Assembly: GCF_902728285.1 (NCBI RefSeq)
Contig: NW_027104315.1
Span: 354,032 to 405,664 of the forward strand
From: Clytia hemisphaerica
Lineage: Eukaryota
Direction: 5' to 3'
DNA length: 51,633 bases
The position numbers and the translations under genes are program-made. Positions 48,317-51,633 of the stretch are shown piece by piece (position 1 is the stretch's first letter; the number at the start of each line of letters is the position of its first letter). The notes beneath the pieces were generated by a model. It saw nothing but the letters and a program-made list of their open reading frames with translations. It searched no databases and was not told where the DNA came from.

Positions 48317-49091
48317 GTAAGAATAATTGCAAATAGCACAAATAAAACATATCGAGCACAATCAAGTTTCCCACTTGTATTTGATTTGATTTTGGGAGTA
48401 GGCTTTGTAACATATTTAAACTTTTAACTTGGCTCAACTTTATAACTTTTATGGTAATCTCATAAAAACATGCATTCTGCGTTTTATTTCCCATCTGCAT
48501 CCTGTATTTGATTCAATTTTAAGTTTGAGGAATTTCAGCCCTAAAGGAGCTGGAAGACAGACTTTGTAACCAATTTAAACTTTTAACTTGGCTCACGAAC
48601 TTTGTAATTTTTGTGGTAATCTGCATTTACCATTTACCGTTCTGCGCATGTCACGCTTCGCTGTAGCGTAGACAGAGGTGAAGGCGAGAAGATTTAAGCG
48701 ACACAGTGATTATCTTTTTATACCACGAATAGATAAAGCTTTGTCATAAATATCTGCTCTCCTACGCAGATTGTTCTTCACCTCTGTCTAACTGAAAAAT
48801 GGCACTCAGGGTATCCACACTAGTAGCGTAGACAGGGGTGAAGGAACATTTGCTTAGGCATGGAAGAAGATTTAACGACACAGTAATTATGTTTTATGCC
48901 ACGAATAGGTAAGTGCTTTTTCGTAAAAATCTGCTCTCCTACGCAGATCTTTTTTCACCCCTGACTCTAAAGGGATGTGGCGAAATTTGATTACTTTTAG
49001 AGAGAATACATACCAGTAATCAGTGGTGTGGTTTACTTTTACGGCTATCATATGCCACCCGTTCTTTAAATTTGCTTTCTTATTTTCATAG

Positions 49092-49411
49092 ATTCTAAAC
49101 TAATGGACATACTTAAAGATCTCAAAGCAACCAAATTTATTCAATATGTTCAAACGGCCGGATATCTACCATTATTGAACAGTCTGGTAGAAGTTTATAC
49201 TGTTTTCGCCCCTAACAACAAAGCGTTTGATGACCTTGACAACGCTACCAAAACGAGACTAAAAGAAGATCCCGGATACCTGAAATTACTTGTTGAATAT
49301 CATTTGGTCAGAGGACGATATTCTACTGAGACAATGACCAAAAGGTTATTTTACAGAACTGTGGCAAAAAACGGAACGATTAACTATCGCCTTTTTGCAA
49401 GTAGAGCTATG
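49092..49411 (+). CDS. FAS1-repeat protein exon 5: FAS1 domain 3 (…YTVFAPNNKAFDDLDNATKTRLKEDPGYLKLLVEYHLVRGRY…)
   Basis: Acceptor tattttcatag|AT, donor ATG|gtaagc; strong FAS1 H1/YH motifs. Confidence 0.8.
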
Positions 49412-49699
49412 GTAAGCAACAAATATTCAGTTACAAGTCAGGAATTTTTAACCTCTCCTAAGCAAAAAAGGCGAAGCCTTAAACGTATTGCACTGCTTTC
49501 TCTGAATGATGGATTAAATCTAGCATCTTTCTTTGCTTTTGTATTACATTTTCAAATCTTCTTGCGGTAAATATTACTTCCAATCAAGCGTCTGTATAAA
49601 ATCTACACACGGGCTGGAACTTATGTAGGGGATAACATTCCTCGACTGTTGTCTTTGAAGAAATCATCGATATGCCGGGGGTTTGTCGTCTATTTTATA

Positions 49700-49862
49700 T
49701 TCGATTCATGATATTCATGACGTAATATTTTTTCCGGAAAGACCCCGGTTTTTACCAGTAGTGGCAAATTTTATACAACTTTTGTCTAGTTTAAATTTAC
49801 CACCACTGGCTAAAACCGGGGTATTTCCGTAGAAAACATTACGTCATGAATATCATGAATTG
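49700..49862. mobile_element. 163-bp hairpin MITE (TIR ATTCATGATATTCATGACGTAAT.TTTT.CGGAAAGACCCCGGTTTT) ending 37 bp before FAS1 exon-6 acceptor
   Basis: Near-perfect palindrome; half-copy at 28128-28215. Confidence 0.75.
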
Positions 49863-49900
49863 CATTCTCATGATTAATTAGAATGTTCTCATTTTACTAG

Positions 49901-50533
49901 GGAAGCATTCAAAAATCACGGATAATTAATAACAATCAAATGGCTTTAAACGGCATTTGTCACCTCATCAACAAAGTTCTCATACCCCCTGAAATAACAA
50001 CCTATGACGTCATCAATGATATTCGAAGTTTGAGACTGATATCAAAGATGTATGACAAATTCAGTGAAGAGTTTAGACAAGTTTTGGAAAATGAAGATAA
50101 AGCCTATACATTGTTCTTACCGACAAATCAAGCTGTGAAAGCCTTTTTCTACCAACAGAACCCGGTCAATGAAACCGATGCTATTCAAAAGTTGGAAATT
50201 CTAATCCGGAATCAACATTATGTCACTCAACCTTTGATTATATTAGAAGACGACAATCAGCCAGCTATTCCAATAAAATCGGGTAATTTCCCGATTTTAG
50301 GGTCCAGTTCCGATCGGGAAACACGGATTTTGACATTGAGGAAACGAGAAAAACTAGAGGGATACTTGACACCGTATTTCATTGAGGAATTCAAGTCCTC
50401 ATTGGTTCAATTAAATCACGTGACCAGAAATGGAGTAATCCAATTGGTTGATTCAGTGTTCGATGGGAAATCGAAAGTACAAGTTACAAAAGAGATGTGG
50501 AAATCTTTACAAAAACGTTGGAAAGATAATTGA
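49901..50533 (+). CDS. FAS1-repeat protein exon 6 (terminal): H2 box (NGICHLINKVLIPP) plus FAS1 domain 4 (YTLFLPTNQAVKAF…NGVIQLVDSVF), stop TGA at 50531-33
   Basis: Acceptor cattttactag|GG lies just 3' of an in-frame stop; long open frame; AATAAA ~260 bp downstream (~50791). Confidence 0.75.
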   Translation, partial: GSIQKSRIINNNQMALNGICHLINKVLIPPEITTYDVINDIRSLRLISKMYDKFSEEFRQVLENEDKAYTLFLPTNQAVKAFFYQQNPVNETDAIQKLEILIRNQHYVTQPLIILEDDNQPAIPIKSGNFPILGSSSDRETRILTLRKREKLEGYLTPYFIEEFKSSLVQLNHVTRNGVIQLVDSVFDGKSKVQVTKEMWKSLQKRWKDN

Positions 50534-50790
50534 GTCGAATAGATTGCTCACTTATTAACGGACACTTCTTCGATGGCCGATAAAGTCTATTTGTTCGAGG
50601 GGTTCATTGTGTATTTTACAGACTGGTCTGTAAAGTTCTGAATATGATGAAACTTTTTTTTGAGGGAACCGATGAATTTTCAAAACGAAAAATACAATAC
50701 AATATCTGAATTATAATTGACTTTACTACTCGAAACAGCCCCAGTAGAAGCGGGAAGCTGGGGAGACTTCAGCCTCCCCACTTCTGAGCA

Positions 50791-50796
50791 AAATAA
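50791..50796 (+). promoter_or_regulatory. AATAAA polyadenylation signal candidate for the FAS1 gene
   Basis: ~260 bp downstream of the stop. Confidence 0.4.
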
Positions 50797-51284
50797 ACTT
50801 TTTATCTCCAGTTAAGTTCCTGGCGAATTTTATCTCGCTTTGAGTCCTCCACTTTTACGGTTGTTCCACCTGGCCTGCGAAACCTTAGAGTTCAAAAGTA
50901 AAAGGGCCAACCATGGCATGGGTCAATAAAATGAAATAATTTTGATAGATATTAAATTTAAGTGATAATTTTTGGTTAGAGTATAATATGTATAGCAATT
51001 TTTGTATATAAAAATGTCCAGCTTAAATACTAAGATATATAATACATTAATCTTTTCATTTTAAAAACTTCTATTCTTTAATTAAAATTAATTAAGTGTC
51101 AGTTCATCAAACCGGTATTACTTCATATTTCGAAATCGATTCTTTCAAAATTATTGAAGAGTTGGAGTCAAAATTCTATACACATTTTCTACCGTAGTCG
51201 CGATTCAATCCTTTTTTTACGCTTTTCTCTGTTGTCTTATGTGCGAAAAAAAGACTGGGACGGTTTTAGGGTGGTAAAACCAAT

Positions 51285-51575
51285 GAAGTTTAAGCCCGAA
51301 GGGCTAGAATTGAATCTCCTTGGTAGGATTTGAAGCCAACAAATTCTACCAAAGTTGCGTGGCCTAACACGGTCCGCCTAATTTTTACACAAATGGCAGA
51401 TTGGAACTAAAATTTAATGCTAAATTTCGAAAAAAAATATCACATCAAAACAAAAAAATTGCTAGATCAACTCTGTCGTCAAAAATACGACGCATATTTT
51501 AAGTCTTCACTTTTTCTTGCCTGAGAAAGGTTAGAGATTCGATTCTAGCCCTTCGGGCTTATACTTCATTGGGTA
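51285..51575. mobile_element. MITE with TIRs AAGCCCGAAGGGCTAGAAT / ATTCTAGCCCTTCGGGCTT
   Basis: Inverted terminal repeats seen directly. Confidence 0.75.
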
Positions 51576-51633
51576 AAACGGACAAAAATTGTCCGCGCGG
51601 TAATTGGCGGTAACGGTCGAAAAGTTGTATTCG

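Noticed and set aside
1-51633. The possibility that the window is a prokaryotic, phage or defence-island locus with many short ORFs
   Set aside because: There are no long uninterrupted ORFs, RBS or operon structure. Coding signal appears only as short blocks bounded by AG|…|GT with consistent phase. The domains (CTLD, D8C, VWD, ZP, FAS1) are metazoan extracellular domains, and MITEs and SINEs with TIR/TSD structure are abundant.

Overview
This 51.6-kb window is eukaryotic (invertebrate-metazoan-like) nuclear DNA. It is AT-rich, has GT-AG introns of 0.1-3.7 kb and is very rich in MITEs. It is not a prokaryotic locus, so I find no operon, CRISPR array or defence island. Most ORFs in the six-frame track are short noncoding or repeat-derived. 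Three things stand out. (1) A long plus-strand multi-exon gene (at least exons 4029-34957, probably continuing to 41813) encodes a mosaic extracellular protein: C-type lectin domain - Thr-rich linker - D8C - Ig-like - VWD - EGF - IPT/PSI-like - dystroglycan-type cadherin-like - EGF-like with an RGD - ZP module - furin site RRKRR - hydrophobic patch - single TM - short tail - stop. D8C followed by ZP is the uromodulin/GP2 architecture, here carrying a large extra N-terminal set of adhesion domains. Codon phase is consistent across 21 consecutive exons and separately across the four ZP/TM exons. I could not close the link between exon 21 and the first ZP exon. (2) A second plus-strand gene (42980-50533) encodes a secreted protein with a signal peptide and four FAS1 (fasciclin) domains. 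(3) The introns are packed with non-autonomous transposons: a ~100-bp AACGTT-rich palindromic MITE with at least 10 copies (several a few bp from splice donors), an 'AAGCCCGAAGGGCTAGA' TIR MITE family, two near-identical 740-bp TIR elements, TTAA-flanked piggyBac-like elements, a tRNA-derived SINE family, a nested MITE-in-SINE with an 8-bp TSD, and foldback structures. All coordinates are from manual reading and translation; splice boundaries are approximate (a few bp) and no homology search was run.
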